64,000 nucleotides of DNA, taken from NCBI RefSeq assembly GCF_009914755.1, contig NC_060931.1, one strand, 5' to 3'. The position numbers were made by a program, and so were the translations under genes. How positions within the stretch are numbered: the first letter of the stretch is position 1; each line of letters opens with the position of its first letter. Below, piece by piece: positions 10,027 through 25,605 of the stretch. The notes below the pieces were generated by a model that saw nothing but the letters and a program-made list of their open reading frames with translations, had not been told where the DNA came from and did no database searches. Source of the DNA: the human T2T-CHM13v2.0 reference genome, Homo sapiens.

Positions 10027-12444
10027 CTGCAGGGAGGTGACCGGCACAAGGGTGCATGTTGTTTAAACCCAGAGGTGTTATGTGGGGTTGGGTGGGGGGT
10101 TACAAAACAGAGAAAACAGTGGTTTGCAAGAGACAGGTGCACAGGTCTGAGCCCTGCCCCATGGTGTCTGCAGGGCATGGCTGAGCCTTCACCCCAGAGT
10201 CCCAGACGCTGAGCCTGCAACCCCACAGCCCCTCTGCCCCTGGGGACAGAGACACAGCAGCTCTGGCCTTTCAGAGGAAACTTGGCTCTCAGCCTGAGCT
10301 TGGATCCCCATAACCTGGAAGGGCGACCTGGGGGCTAGTTGGACCAAAACCTCAAGCTCATCCTTACAAGCAAACTAAATGTTCCCCACAGCCCTGGGGC
10401 AGACTGTGCAGTGGCTGGGGGCTCCCATGGCCCTCGGACTCCCACTGGCTGAGAGGCTGCAATGGCCCTCCCTTCCCTCCCTGTTTCTCACTCCTCAGAG
10501 ACCTGGGATGTTGGGGGCTGCTTGAGGGGAAGTTCAGGTATTTCCTGCTGAGATGGTGACCCCCAAAGGGCAAGGAGAAACGCCCAGGGCCCTCAGCACT
10601 AGGGGCAGCCCAGGACATCCACCCACCAAGTCCCCCTGGCTCTGGTCATCCCCACTACATGGGGCAGGAAGGAGGCCCCTGCAATGACCCCCTGCCCGCT
10701 GGGTATCCACAGGTTGGGGGGTTACTCAGGCCCTGACACAGAGAGCAGTGCCCTTGCTCAAGCCAGAAGGACATCTGCTCCCTATCTTGCAGCAGCGGCC
10801 AAGGAGGCCTGGGGGCACTTGGCACTGAGGGCCTGAGGGGGTCCCAGGGCCACTGCATCCCATGGGACCTTCCTGTCCCAGCTTTCAAACCCCATCGGGC
10901 TCTGGCCTACCCATCAGCCTCACCATCTCCCAGCGGTGGGGTCTCTTGGCTGCAGGCCTTCCTTGTCCCTGACCAGCAGGGGGCTCCCTGGGGCCCTCGG
11001 GTCCCCTTGGCCAGCCTCCCAGGCCACCCCTTTGCCCTGGTGAGTACCCCGCTGTCCTGGCACTGCTTCCATCTGATGCACTACCCTCGGGATCACACTG
11101 CCGCTTGATGAGCCGCCCAAAGAGACAAAACAGACCACTCCACCCACTTTTAACACTGGTTGTAAACCTCAGAGATCTTGAAATGTGAAAAAGTGACCCC
11201 CAGAATGAATGACATATGCTATCCCCATGTGGAAAGACTGCCACAGCCCCGAGCTGTGAGCGCCCCTCAGCAGAAACCCAGAGCTTCCTCGAAAGCTCCA
11301 GCCACGCCCTACTGAGCAGGCGGGATGAGGCCGTGTGCCCCCTTGACAAGGCAGCATTGGGGGCTTCTGTCCCCCACCTCCACCTCCTCGTCACCTTGGG
11401 GGTCCCAGCCTGCTGGGGCACACGCATCCGTGTCCACCGAGCACCAATCCACAGGCCACTGGACATGGTGATTTTGCCAACGTGAGTGGGTGGAGGCCCC
11501 AAGCTCCCCGTGCAGCTACATGGAGAAGTTGGACAGAGGAGGGGTCAGGGGCTGCATTTCTCCACCCAGCCCAGAGCAGACTTGCTGCATGTCCCCCCTC
11601 CCCAGAGGAAACAGACCAGCAGTTCTTCCGAAGAGAAGGAGCGTTAAGTGAACATGGACCGTAGGAAGCACTGGGCAAGAAGGCCTGGAGGCTCCAGGGT
11701 AGCTCTCAGGCTGTGCCCACCCCTGCTAGGCCACCCAGTGATGCCCCCACCCTGGCTCTTTTGCAGTTCCCTGGGATGACATCAACTGCCCTCTGCTCTC
11801 TACCACCCTCCCCAGTGGGGTGAGAGCAACCCCACTACTCTGCTGCTTCCTGGGCTGTCACGATCAAGATGGTGGATTTCTGTCCAGGAGAAAAGGACAT
11901 CCTGTCCCCCTCAACAGGAGGTTGAGACAGCAAGAATTCTGTTTGTCCCCCAAATTGGGGAGGAGGTACCACTGACCTCTACTTCTATGCCTTGGCTCCA
12001 GAGTTAACCAGATAAATCATGGGGTCTGGTAACACAATGTCTGTGGCCCCTCACAGGAGAGCCACTGAGTCCTAGCACCAACCCACGTGGCCCCGAGGGG
12101 AGCACCTGGGGGCCCCCTCCTCCCAGAGGCGCCTGAGTGAGGCTGACTCAGGTGAGACAAAGCAGGACATGCTTGGGATGCAGAGATGAGAGGGAACAGG
12201 GGGTACGGTGGCGTGTAAAGGGTATAGGAGAGGGTCCCGGATCTGCTCTTGGTGTGACACTCTCCCCAGAGCAGCACAAAGATCATCGATGGCCTAAGGA
12301 AAGGTGTGACCCCCATTCAGCATGAAAACCAATGGGGAGGTTGGTCTTAAAAATGCCATCAGGGTGATGGCCCCAGGGTCTGCACTGCTTGCCTGTCTAC
12401 AGAGAAGCAGCAGGCTGAACCAAGCCTTGGGGAAGGTGGGGTTG

Positions 12445-12515
12445 AAGAAGGAGGAAAGGAGATTGGAAGGAAGGAAAGGGAGGAAGGAAGGGAGAGAGGA
12501 AGGAGCAGAGAGACA
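12445..12515. repeat. GA-rich (GGAA-like) low-complexity tract; CU-rich in the pre-mRNA
   Basis: Almost purine-only run on the + strand. Confidence 0.8.
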
Positions 12516-12787
12516 GCTAAGCTTCTGAGAGGCCACCCTGTGCCCTGGGGGGTGACCAACCTTCTTCCGAACACAGCCTAGAACTGCTTTGCCCAGACCT
12601 GAGCTGGGGGCAGCAGAGACTTGAGGAAAGGGCTGGGAGGACTTGGCAGACCCTGGCGAGTCCTGCTCTCACCACTCTGCTCCCAGCGGCGTCAGCCCTG
12701 TCACCTGTGTCCTCATCTGCCACAGTGGAGTCTTGGTGGGGGCTCACAGTTAGACCCTGAGTGGACATTTGTTACTAGCTGATTTCT

Positions 12788-12818
12788 CTATTGCCCAGGC
12801 TGGAGTGCGGTGTAATAG
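12788..12818 (-). mobile_element. 31-bp internal Alu fragment flanked by 10-bp direct repeats
   Basis: ctattgcccaggctggagtgcggtg matches the reversed Alu right arm; gctgatttct at 12778-12787 and 12819-12828. Confidence 0.7.
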
Positions 12819-12894
12819 GCTGATTTCTGAAGACTAACCCCTCCCAGCCCTGGAGGTCCGGAGGGGTAGGGAGGGCCATGTGCAGACACCCCTC

Positions 12895-13808
<914 letters not shown>

Positions 13809-14229
13809 TCAAGGTGAGAGGAGATGCTGGCCAGGAGGGGCCTCTGGGGCTTCTTCCTCACCTCCAAGGCCAGCAACTCTGGCCCTGGCCCTGCCTTCCC
13901 CTCTGGGCCCATATCTGTTCAGAGGGCATGGCTAGGCACACAGAAGTGACTTTCAAAGGAAACACCCCTGTCCCCAGGCTCCTGTTGGCCAAGCTTGACC
14001 CTAAGCTGGGCACCCTCAGGAGGGAGGCCAGGCTGAGTCTGTACCCTGTAAGGCAGGCTGAGGTGAGCAGGCCGGGCGAGCGGGCTAGAAAACCAAGGCA
14101 GGGAAGGGTCAAGGCGGCTGGGGGTGGGGGCAGGGGGCTGCCCTGGTGTGTGAGAAAGCCCCAGGCACCAGGACCCTGCTCTGTGCTGGAGCAGAAATAA
14201 TGTGCTCGGGCACATGTTATTTCATTTTA

Positions 14230-14540
<311 letters not shown>

Positions 14541-16957
14541 ATAAAAAGTGAAACCCAAGCTGCCACATTGGCTGGTGGCTGCCGTGTTGGGTGGCTCAGT
14601 TCCAGCAGCACTAGGGGCATCTAGTTCAGCTCCCAGGGATCTGAGGGGCTGGGCAGGGGGCTGTGTGTGCACAGCACTGAGCACACGGAGCTTCCCCTTC
14701 AACCCTTCCTCTCATAGTCAGGGAGGGCTGTTGGCAGAAGTCCAGGGCCCTTCCAGGCCATGACTGGCTGGGAGGAGAGGTCCAAGCTGCTCTCAGGCCA
14801 CCTCCCTGACACCTGTCCTAGAGCACATCAGACCCAGGGCCACGGAGCCCCTGCACACACCGAGAGCCCGTGGCTTGAATCTGCTTCTGCCCAGGTGCCC
14901 CTGGAGCCCAACACAAGCCCTTCCCCAGGGACAGCTCCACAATGCAGGGTGATAGCAGCCACCACCTCCGAGGCTGCCCTGCTGGGCCTGGAGGCATTTG
15001 CCACAGGCTGCCGATGCCCACCTGCCTGGGGTCTCAGTCACCGCCCCACTGGGCACGGTCAAGGGAGGGACAGGAAGACCCCCTCAAGACCCTTCTATCC
15101 CAGCCAGATCCTTGGGGACAGGAGGGTGACCAGGGTCAGCAAGATGAGTGGGCTTTGTTTTCCTAACAGCAAATTCAGAGAAGACACGAGAGGTCAGCCT
15201 TCTTCCTCAAATAGCTCCCACCCGTCTTGGTCCCATCTGTACAGCGTCAGCCATTGCATTAAAAAGTGAATCTGAGTTTCCTCCTGAAGAAATCCAGCCC
15301 TCAGAGTCCTAATGGGTGATGGACTCCTGAGGTGTGTGGGGTCAGAAGAAGCCAGGCCCAAACTCATGGGAGACAGCCCCTTGGTGGTGTCACTTCAATG
15401 TCACCAAGAGTGGGAGCCACAATCCTATCTCCTTGCTCCATATGCCCTGGGGTGTCCTGCCTTCCCTCCTCCCCATGTGCCCTGGGGTGTCCTGCCCATT
15501 TGTTGAAACATCCTCCCTTCTCCCTGGCCTACATCTAGAGACTTCCTGGCCTCTCTTCTGCTCCTGCAACTCCTGTAGAGGGCTGTGTCCCTGAAGTCAG
15601 CCCATGACAAGCCACTATGAGGAGCATCTACTTCCCATGCTGCCCTCATCTGCCTGGACCAGCCCCTCCTCCTTGTTCCTGAAGGGGCCCAGCATCTGTT
15701 CCTTTGAATGGCCAACTGTGTCCTGCCAAGGCCTGTGAGCCTAAGCATGGCTGGCTGGCTGGCTGGGGTGGGGGCTTCCCTCTGGTGGGCAGACTCAGCC
15801 TCCCTGCAAGACGGGAAGCCTGGGAAGTCGGGGGTGAGGCTGTGGGGTCAGATATCCACAGCCATCCAGATGGGTCCAGATGCAGAGTGAGCTCAGTGTG
15901 GCCCTCCCAGGGGCCCTCCCAAGGGCCAGCCAGCTCCTTCATGCACTGCTGCGTGGTGTGGACGGTAGCAGTGCTGACCAGATCCTGTGGTCAGTCTTGG
16001 CCCTGGTTTGTCCTGGGAAGGGCATAGATCTTGGGCTCCTCCTGTCCAACTGTGTGCACTTTCCCCCAGCCCATCCCTGTGGTCCATCACCTCCCTGAGG
16101 GCTGGACTTTCCTCTGCCCTTGGGCACTCTCCAGGTGGAGTGATATGTGCAGAGCTTGTGGTCACCAGGAAGTGCCACCTCCCGGGACACCAACAGGGAC
16201 TCGGCCTGCACCGCATGCACCTCACAGACTACTGCTGAGGGCGAGAGTTGAACCTTCCTCATCGACCTTCTTTCAGCCTCAGACTTACTGAGTCCTGGCC
16301 GCAGCTCTGGCCACGCCCTGTATCCTCCTTCCTCCCCAGCTGTCATCACCCCCTGACTCCACAGTTGGCTCGCCCAGTCCTCCTCAGCCTCCCCTGCTGA
16401 GGAGGCTCCCCTCCCCTCCCAAACCAATGCCAGAGACGGGGACTATGGGGACAGCATTGGTTCTGCACCTCTCCATGGTGTCCTTAAGGGTATGACGGGG
16501 ACTTGGCACGTGTTGCTGAGATCAAGTCCGCCCCATCCATTGTCACGCAGCCTCCAGGCCCTGCAAACGCATGCTCAGGATTGAGTTGGCTGAGCAAGCC
16601 AGGGGTCCCCAAGACAACGCTGGGCCAGGCTGCACCCAGCAGGGTAGGTGGGATGGGACAACCACCTGGCCTGGGACAGCCCATTCAGGGCAGTCCCCTG
16701 CACTTTAGGGACCTGTCCTCATATTGCCCTTGTCCTGGTGCAATCTGAGACCACGGCCTTGGAGGATGTGAGACTCACAGTCACACCATCTTGTCTGCCG
16801 TCACTTTCTGTTAACATCGATGTCTTCTCTAGGAAGGGCCGATCCCCTCTAGGTTTGTTTTTGTTTTTTCATGTTTTGAACAGTTTAAGATGTCACTTTT
16901 GTGATTAGAATTGTTCCCAAGCAGCATTTGGGACGTTATTCTCAGCCTGGGCTCTGA

Positions 16958-17327
<370 letters not shown>

Positions 17328-19444
17328 ACCACATTGCTTTTTAAGGTTTTTTTAAAAATGGGTTCTAAATGTTTTGTACTTTGCTTTCCCTGTTTGAAGA
17401 AGACATGGACACCCTTCAGTTTCCCCATCAACTCCAAAATAAGACCCTGCTTCCTCCTAAGAGGAATTTCCAGCTTTGTTGGTTAGAAATGAGTTCAGAA
17501 AAGCAATGACTGTCCTGTTTCTTCTTGTTCCTTAGATGGGGCTCATCCAGAAATCTGTGAGCTGCTCCACGGCAGCAGCTCCTGGCCCTTGGCAGGTACC
17601 AGGCAGGGCATTAGTACACTTGCCCTGGCTGCGTCTGTGTGGTTCGGAAAGCACCTCCCTGCCTGGGTCTGGCCAGGAGGCCTCGGCCCATCCTGTCCCG
17701 CGCCTGTCCTTTACCTCTGTCTCAGCACAACCCTGACTGTTCAGACATGGGGCTCTGCCTGGGGGTAAGTCAAGCTCCCTCCTTTGCTATAGTCCTGCCC
17801 TGAGTTTGTGGCTATGCTTGTTGGGTAGGGGCCCACGGGTGCCTCTGTCAGACTCTCCACCGAGCTCCACTGCTTGAAGGCTGAAGCTCACGCACAGAGA
17901 GCAAAGCCACCGTGGCCCCAGGCAGGGCACGAGGCTCACCCAGAAAGAAAGGAGCCCAAGGCTGCTGAAGCCCGAGGAGGGGCCCCATGCTGAGGCTGTC
18001 GCACCAGCAGGGCCAACCCAGGAGGGGCTCTCCAGGAGGCTCCTTCCCTCTCCATGTCCCCTCTCCCACTCAGCCTCCAAAATCACTGCCCGGATCCTGG
18101 CACCCTCTACAGCACACAGGCCGTGTGCCCCCTCGCTCCCCACAGTCTGGCTATGGAATGCCCTCCATTTGAGCTCCAAACCCTCAATGGAGGCAGTGGA
18201 GTTTCTAAGAGAACATCTCTTCTGGCTGGTTCCAAGGACCCCATACACCAGGGGTGCCCTCCGCATCGGGAGTCCTGTGAGAGGAGATGGGGAGACCTGG
18301 GTCAGAGCCGGGAACACTACAGTTTGCTCTGGCAAAGGTTTCTGGAACCTGAACAGCCCGAGCATTTCCTGAGGACCCTAGAAATCCCTCACTTCTCCCC
18401 TCCCGAGCCTACCCTGAGGCTGCTCCAGACCTCGCCAGGCCAGCTCTGCGGTCCCCCGGCCCACAGCAGAAAATCTGGGGTTCAAGCAGATGGGACTCCT
18501 GCTGCCAGGCCAGGCACCCCAGGGCCCGCCACGGGGAGGGGCTGTGGGTGTGTGTGGGGTGCTGTGTGTCCATCCGAGACTCAGACTGAGGAGGGAGATG
18601 CTGAGCAAGAAGTCAAGGCCGCGCCTGTGGATTGGGCGGAGGGGTTGGCGCTCTGGAGGGAACTGGCCTGGTGTGATGAGGAAGCCACATGTGACCCTTC
18701 ACCCCCATGGCTGGAGTTGCCCCATTCCAGCCTCCACCTGGGGCGGTGAGGGGTGCAGCATTCTGGGCAGGCTGACTCTCAAGCTGACCCCCAGAGTGGG
18801 GGATAACAGGTTGTGTCTCCTTCCCCAAACCTGATGAACACAAAGACTCCTAAACCACACAGGGGGCCAAGAGGGATCCACAGGAGCAGAGGGGGCTCTG
18901 GGGGGCTGCAGGACATCAATAAGGAGGCAGAGGGAGCATAGGAGAGGGTGCAGCACAGAGGGGCAGGGGAGAGGGCTGGAGGCAGCAGGTGAGCAGGAGG
19001 GTGGGAGTGAGGGGCCTGTGATGGGGCACGGGCAGGGGGTGGGGGTGGGGGAGGGTGGGGCTGTGGTCTAAGGCACTCCTGAACCCTAGCTGTGGGATCC
19101 GATCTGCTGATGGGAGGCTCTAGGAGGCCACATGCCCCCACCCTTGCCCAGCATCTGTCCACCCCTCAGGGCACTCCACCCATCCCAGGATCCCACCTGC
19201 CCCAGCAGGTGTCTGGATGGGCCACCAGGGACCCTCGAGTCCACCTGGCCAGCAGGCAGGCAGCAGCAGGCTCTGTGACATATCTCACCCCAGAAGCTCA
19301 GAGCAGGGGGACAGGGCTCCGTTCCACTTTCTACTTGTCTTCTAAGTAGAATATAAAGGAAAACCTCGTCTTCCTCCACTCCAAGGGCACAGGCCTCTCC
19401 AGGCTGTTCTGCAAACTACAAATTCCCTCCTCAAGGATCCTTAG

Positions 19445-20025
<581 letters not shown>

Positions 20026-20093
20026 TAAATAGACAAAGATACAAATTTAAAATCATCCACAATTTCACCACCTAGCGAGGTCCTCCGTTAGCC

Positions 20094-20397
20094 TTATTTA
20101 TGTATTTATTTTTTGGAGACAGGGTCTTGCTCTGTCACCCAGGCTGGAGTGCAGTGGCACAATCTCGGCTCACTGCAACTTTGAACTCCTGGGCTCAAAC
20201 CATCCTCCCATCTCAGCTTCCCAAGTGGCTGATGTGCATGTGTGCCACCATGCCTGGCTACTTTTTTTTAAGTTTTTGGTAGAGAGGGGGTCTCATTATA
20301 TTGCCCAGGCTAGTCTCAAACTCCTAGCCTCAAGCAATCCTCCTGTCTTGGCCTCCCAAAATGTTAGGATTACAGGTGTGAGCTACCATGCCTGGCC
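20094..20397 (-). mobile_element. Older Alu (AluJ-like)
   Basis: Diverged reversed Alu with agggtcttgctctgtcacccaggctggagtgcagtgg and ctcctgggctcaa. Confidence 0.92.
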
Positions 20398-21042
20398 TCA
20401 GTTTTTTTTTTTTTTTTTTTTTAAATACACATCTCTGTGGCAGAGCAGGGTGGGCAGAGCCCAGTGGGCAGGGAGTAATGCTGTCAGCTGTCCCTGAGGT
20501 GAGATGTACTGTTACGAGAGACATCCTTGTCAGGTGTCAGGGTGGCATCTGGCCTGGGCCACAGCAGGCTACCAGTGGCCTATGCTTCCAGGGACAGGGC
20601 CCTGTCACCTCCCCAGCTGACATCTGCCATCCCTCAATCTGGTCTCCAGCAGCCGGGCCACAAACAGTCATCTCTGAGACCATCTGTCCCTCTTCATCCC
20701 CCCGGGGAGGGTCAGCCTTGTGGGAAGGGCTGCCTGAGGGTCCACGGGAAGCCCCACCTGGATAGAGCCCAAGTTCCTCCATTCCATCCTCACACTGGGA
20801 GGCCCACAGACCCAGGGCCAAGCCCTCTGAACCTGGCCTTGGGCGTGGAGGGGAGGTGGCCTCTTGGCTCTGCGCTGAGGTTACAAGTTTCCTTTGGCTT
20901 CATGCCCATCGCTCTGGGGTGTGGGTGAGCAGGGATGCTCAGCACCAGACGTGGGTTAGAAAGAGCAGCAGGAGTGGGTGAAGGAGGGATGGTGAGGGTA
21001 TAAAGGAAGAGGGACAGGACAGCGTGAGGGCTCTGCACCCAC

Positions 21043-21108
21043 CTGGCATCAGCCTCGCTGTAGTACTCTCTCGCCACAATGTCTTCAAAGAGCTCCCCAC
21101 CAGTGACC
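21043..21108 (-). CDS. CAMK2B: CAMK2B exon 5 (66 nt) [22 protein letters not shown]
   Basis: Acceptor cccatag|GG, donor CAG|gtgggt. Confidence 0.98.
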
Positions 21109-21164
21109 CTATGGGAGAAGCATGAAGGGGTCACAGATTCTGGAGACCCCTGTCACACTGCACT

Positions 21165-22237
21165 GTCACCTCCATTACTACCACCACCACCATCACCACT
21201 ATCATCACCATCACTCCCATCATCACTAATGTCACCATCCATCACCAGCATCATCACAATCATCACCACCACCAACTACCATCATCACCAACCACCATCA
21301 CCATCACCACCACCATCACCACCAACCACCATCACCATCACCACCACCATCACCACCAACCAACATCACCATCACCACCACCATCACCACCAACCACCAT
21401 CACCATCACCACCACCATCACCACCAACCAACATCACCATCACCACCACCATCACCACCAACCAACATCACCATCACCACCACCATCACCACCAACCAAC
21501 ATCACCATCACCACCACCATCACCACCACCCAACATCACCATCACCACCACCATCACCACCAACCAACATCACCATCACCACCACCATCACCACCAACCA
21601 ACATCACCATCACCACCACCATCACCACCAACCAACATCACCATCACCACCACCATCACCACCAACCAACATCACCATCACCACCACCACCATCACCACC
21701 AACCAACATCACCATCACCACCACCATCACCACCAACCGACATCACCACCACTACCACCATCACCAGCATCATCACCACCATCACCACCACCACGACCAT
21801 CACCACCAACCAACATCACCATCACCACCACCATCACCACCAACCAACATCACCATCACCACCACCATCACCACCAACCATCACCATCACCACCACCATC
21901 ACCACCAACCGACATCACCACCACTACCACCATCACCAGCATCATCACCACCATCACCACCACCACCATCACCAACATCACCACCACCATTACCATCACC
22001 ACCACCACCACCACCATCACCATCATCACCATCACCATCATTACCACCATGACCATCACCAACACCACTACCACCATCACTACCACCATCACCATCACCA
22101 ACACCACCACCACCACCATCACCATCACTGCCACCACCACCATCATCACTATCACCATCACCACCATCACACCATTACCATTATCATCACCACCACCACC
22201 ATCACCAGCACCACCACCTCCACCGTATTACCATCAC
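21165..22237. repeat. ~1.07-kb (CAC/CAT)n tract containing a 34-bp-unit VNTR
   Basis: Unit caacatcaccatcaccaccaccatcaccaccaac repeated near-perfectly from ~21290 to ~21910. The 34-nt period explains the H/P/T frame cycling of ORF 21079..22275. Confidence 0.95.
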
Positions 22238-22269
22238 TTGGGACTGACAGCTTACTAGTGCTTACTTAT

Positions 22270-22460
22270 CTATAATGACATTTAACATTTCAGTCCTCAC
22301 AACCACTCTGTGACTTTGGCCACGATTATACTCCATTTTTATGGATGAGAAAACAAATTTCAAAGATTTGGTGACTTGCCCAGAGTGGGCAGCACAGGAG
22401 CTTTGTCTCAGGGTCTGCATTGTTACACCCAGGCCTTGTGACTCAAATTCCAAGTCTGAG
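22270..22460 (-). mobile_element. MIR SINE
   Basis: tcctcacaacc...ccatttttatggatgagaaaac...gtgacttgccca core. Confidence 0.7.
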
Positions 22461-23677
22461 AAGATCTGGTTTCCCCTCCTCAATACTCTCCCACCCCCAC
22501 TTAGGGCCAGAGTGGTGGCCCTCGCACAGGATCAGAGCCTAAAGACACGGTGCCTAAATCTGGTCTCCTTGGTGGCGCAGGGTCTTGAGGTGTTCGAGGT
22601 CCCATCTCTAGGAAGAGAACAGAGATGACAGGCAGAAGGGAGGTCTCTGCCCACTCTCCTGCCCTGTGTCTCCACCCAGTGAGTAGTCATTGGGCCCTAT
22701 GGTCAGGATAGACCCTGTGAGCAGAAGCCACAATCTGAAGGGCCTCTGGGAGCCGGGTAATGTGGGCATGGAACAAAAAGGTGGAGGGGCTGGATGCACG
22801 GCAGGGGAGTAGGACGGAGCCCTCTGCAGGTCTGCCCAAGCCCCTCACACACTTAGCCTGCTTGAGTCTGCTGGTAGACTCCCCTAGAAGCTGTCACCCC
22901 TGAGAAGGTTAGGGTCACTGCTCCCACACCACTTCCTGTGACCCTATGTGTGGGGCAGGCCTGTGGGGTCCAAGCCCCTCCTCTGCCTCCGCACCCTCTT
23001 CCCCATCCCCCCGCCTGCTCCACTGCACTGCCCAGGTGCTGTGGCTTCTCTATCTGCCTGGCAGTTTTCCCCATTGGTTCTGGAATGTAGGGCTTAGGTC
23101 TTCCTCATTTTTGGGCCCAGCACTTGGGGCTGGGCTGGTCCATGGCAGGGAAGACCCAGGGAGTGGATCTGTTGAACATGTGACCTTGGCACATGTGGGT
23201 GCTCTCTCAGCACTGGAGAAAAAGAAAAGTGAGCATGTGTTGAATGTCGGCTCACCCCTGCTCCAGCTAAACGCATGCCCTGATGATCCCATTGAATCCC
23301 CTCAAAATCCTTCGAGCAATGTGAGGGTGAAATGCACTGGGAAGACACCCAAGTCCCTGGCACCTAGCAGGGCATTAAAGGACTGGGTGTTCCCTTTCCT
23401 TTCCCCATTTTTCTGTCCAGGCTGGGGCTGGGGGCAGGGGCTCTGCCTCTGTTGCCTGACTGGTTCTGCTGTTCTGTGTCCCCGACCAGCACCTGGCATG
23501 TGACCTGGAGCTCTGCTCACCCTCGCTCACTCCTCTGCCTGCCTCTCCTCTCACTCCTCATGGGCCAGCACATTTCTACAGCCAATCAACCACCACACCG
23601 ACCACAAGGAAACAAAACAGTGTTGACGGGGCCCTTCCCAGGGTCATCTGGCCGGGCTCCTGAGCTTGGCCTGTCCG

Positions 23678-23970
23678 TGTGAGGGTGTGTGTGTGCACGT
23701 GTTCACATGTGTGGATGCCTGTGTGTGCCCTTGTGTACATGTATACTGGCTTGTGCATGTGAGCACATGTGCATGTGTGTCTGTGTGTCTGTACCTATGT
23801 GTGCCCATGCGTGCACTCATGTTCATGTATATTGTTTTGCATGTGTGCCTGTGTGCATGTGTGTACAACTGTGTGCCTGTGTGTGCCCTTGTGCACTTGT
23901 AGAGCAGTTTGTTCATGCGCACACATGTGTGCATGTTTGTACATATGTGTGCTTGTGTATACATGTGCAT
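23678..23970. repeat. Degenerate (TG/CATG)n tract in intron 4; CA-rich in the pre-mRNA
   Basis: About 290 bp of alternating purine-pyrimidine sequence. Confidence 0.92.
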
Positions 23971-25449
23971 TGGGCAGGAGGATCAAAACCCACATCTAGC
24001 CCAGGCAAGGGCCTGGCATGCCCCAGTGTTGTGCTATAACTGTTTAGGTCTTGGCACACACTGAACACAGATTAGGCTCTGCAGACGCCGAGTCCAGGCA
24101 CAGAACAGTGGCTAAAAGGCCTTACGGTCTTGAGCCAGGGCTGCAGCCCAGAGTCGCTCCAAGGGGTGCCTCACTAGGGCTGATGCAGGCCCTCTGGTGT
24201 GCTCTGTGTGCTCAGGAAGCTGTAGTTTGGGCTGGTGGGCACCTGGGACTCCCTGGCCAGGGCCATCTAGTGGTTCAGTTTCAGGGAAGGGAGTTTGCTC
24301 CTCCACCCACGTTGGTTGCTGTGGGGAGTTTGGGAAACTCAGTGCTGGCCCAGGAGGGACACAGTCCGGGAAGGCACACATATGACTCCATGGCCCCCTT
24401 TCCTTAGGCTGTGGGGGACACATGGCTGATTCTTGGCTTCAGCCATGGCGCCTATGGGAGCTTCTGTCCTCTGGGCGTGCAGGTGTGTGTGAGACCCTCT
24501 ACTCCCAGGCCTGGTTCTCAAGCCCTGTGACATTCCCAAGCAAGGGGAGTGGGGATATCTGTCAATCCCCCAGAATCCACAGAGTTCCCAAACTACTATG
24601 GGGCCTCAGGGCCTCCTGAGGGCAATGCCAGCCAACTCCAGAAACTGCTGTCCCGGCCCTCTGCTGGCCTGGAGGCTGGCTGAGGCACAGGGGCCATGGA
24701 GGTTGGTGGGGAAGACATGGAGGGTCCTTCCTGACTCGCCAGCCAATCTCCTCTTCCCAGCCTGCCTCAGGGCCTCCAATGACACCTGCCTGGCATGTGC
24801 TTGGCAAGGCGGGAGACATGAGAGTCTCTCAAATGGGCACACACACATGCACGAACACACCACCCTTTCTCCTCCTCGGCTCCTGTAACACATGCAGCCA
24901 TCTGTTGGCCACCAAGGGCCCTGGATCGGACCACCCCCCACCCCACAGTCTCCATTTCCTGGGAAAAGAGGCTGGTGGAGGTGTGCTGGGGCACACAGGT
25001 GTGGCAGCAAGCCTGCCAGCTCCCCAGGGCCACAGGACAGACGTTTCAGGACACAGCCTCAGCCAGGCAGTGGCAACTGTGTCCTGGGTCAGCCCCAGTC
25101 ACCTGGCTGGTGATTTGAGTTGGTGTCTTGTGGAACATGCAGGGGAACCTGAGAGGTGGCCAAGCCCCTGCAGGGACAGTCTCAGCTTCTCTAGGCCAGA
25201 GAACCTCACATGGACAGAGGCCTCCTCAGGCCTACATGTGCCATGGCCTGACGTCTGTCACTTGAGGAAGGAGGAGCTGAGAGGGCAGCCCCCACGCAGG
25301 CGTGTCCTGTCTCTGCTCGGCCTGCACGCTCACAGCAGCCATGGGGAGGGCCTGGGGTAACCATGGCAATAGCACCAAGGCTGGGCTTCTCTGGCTGTGT
25401 GGCCGCCTGGAGGCCACAGGGGCAGGCTAAGGCCTATGGGCCCTTGCCC

Positions 25450-25564
25450 AGGTCAGGGTCCTGGAACAGCACTGACTCACAGACAGCTAAATATAGCGCT
25501 GCTTAGCAGGAACTGTCAAAAGTGAGGGAGATGAGATCACTGCTTCTAAATCCGGCAGGAAGTG
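25450..25564. promoter_or_regulatory. Candidate intronic enhancer: AGGTCA, AP-1, MEF2, TGTCA and ETS motifs
   Basis: TGACTCA 25473-25479, CTAAATATAG 25487-25496, CAGGAAGT 25556-25563; motif evidence only. Confidence 0.45.
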
Positions 25565-25605
25565 AGAGGCGGCAGCGGCCCCAGACACCTTCTCACTGAG
25601 CTACT

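Noticed and set aside
21079-22275. 398-aa His/Pro/Thr-rich ORF on the + strand
   Set aside because: Arises from the stop-free CAC/CAT repeat. The periodic H/P/T blocks are just frame cycling of a 34-bp unit; no evidence of transcription on this strand.
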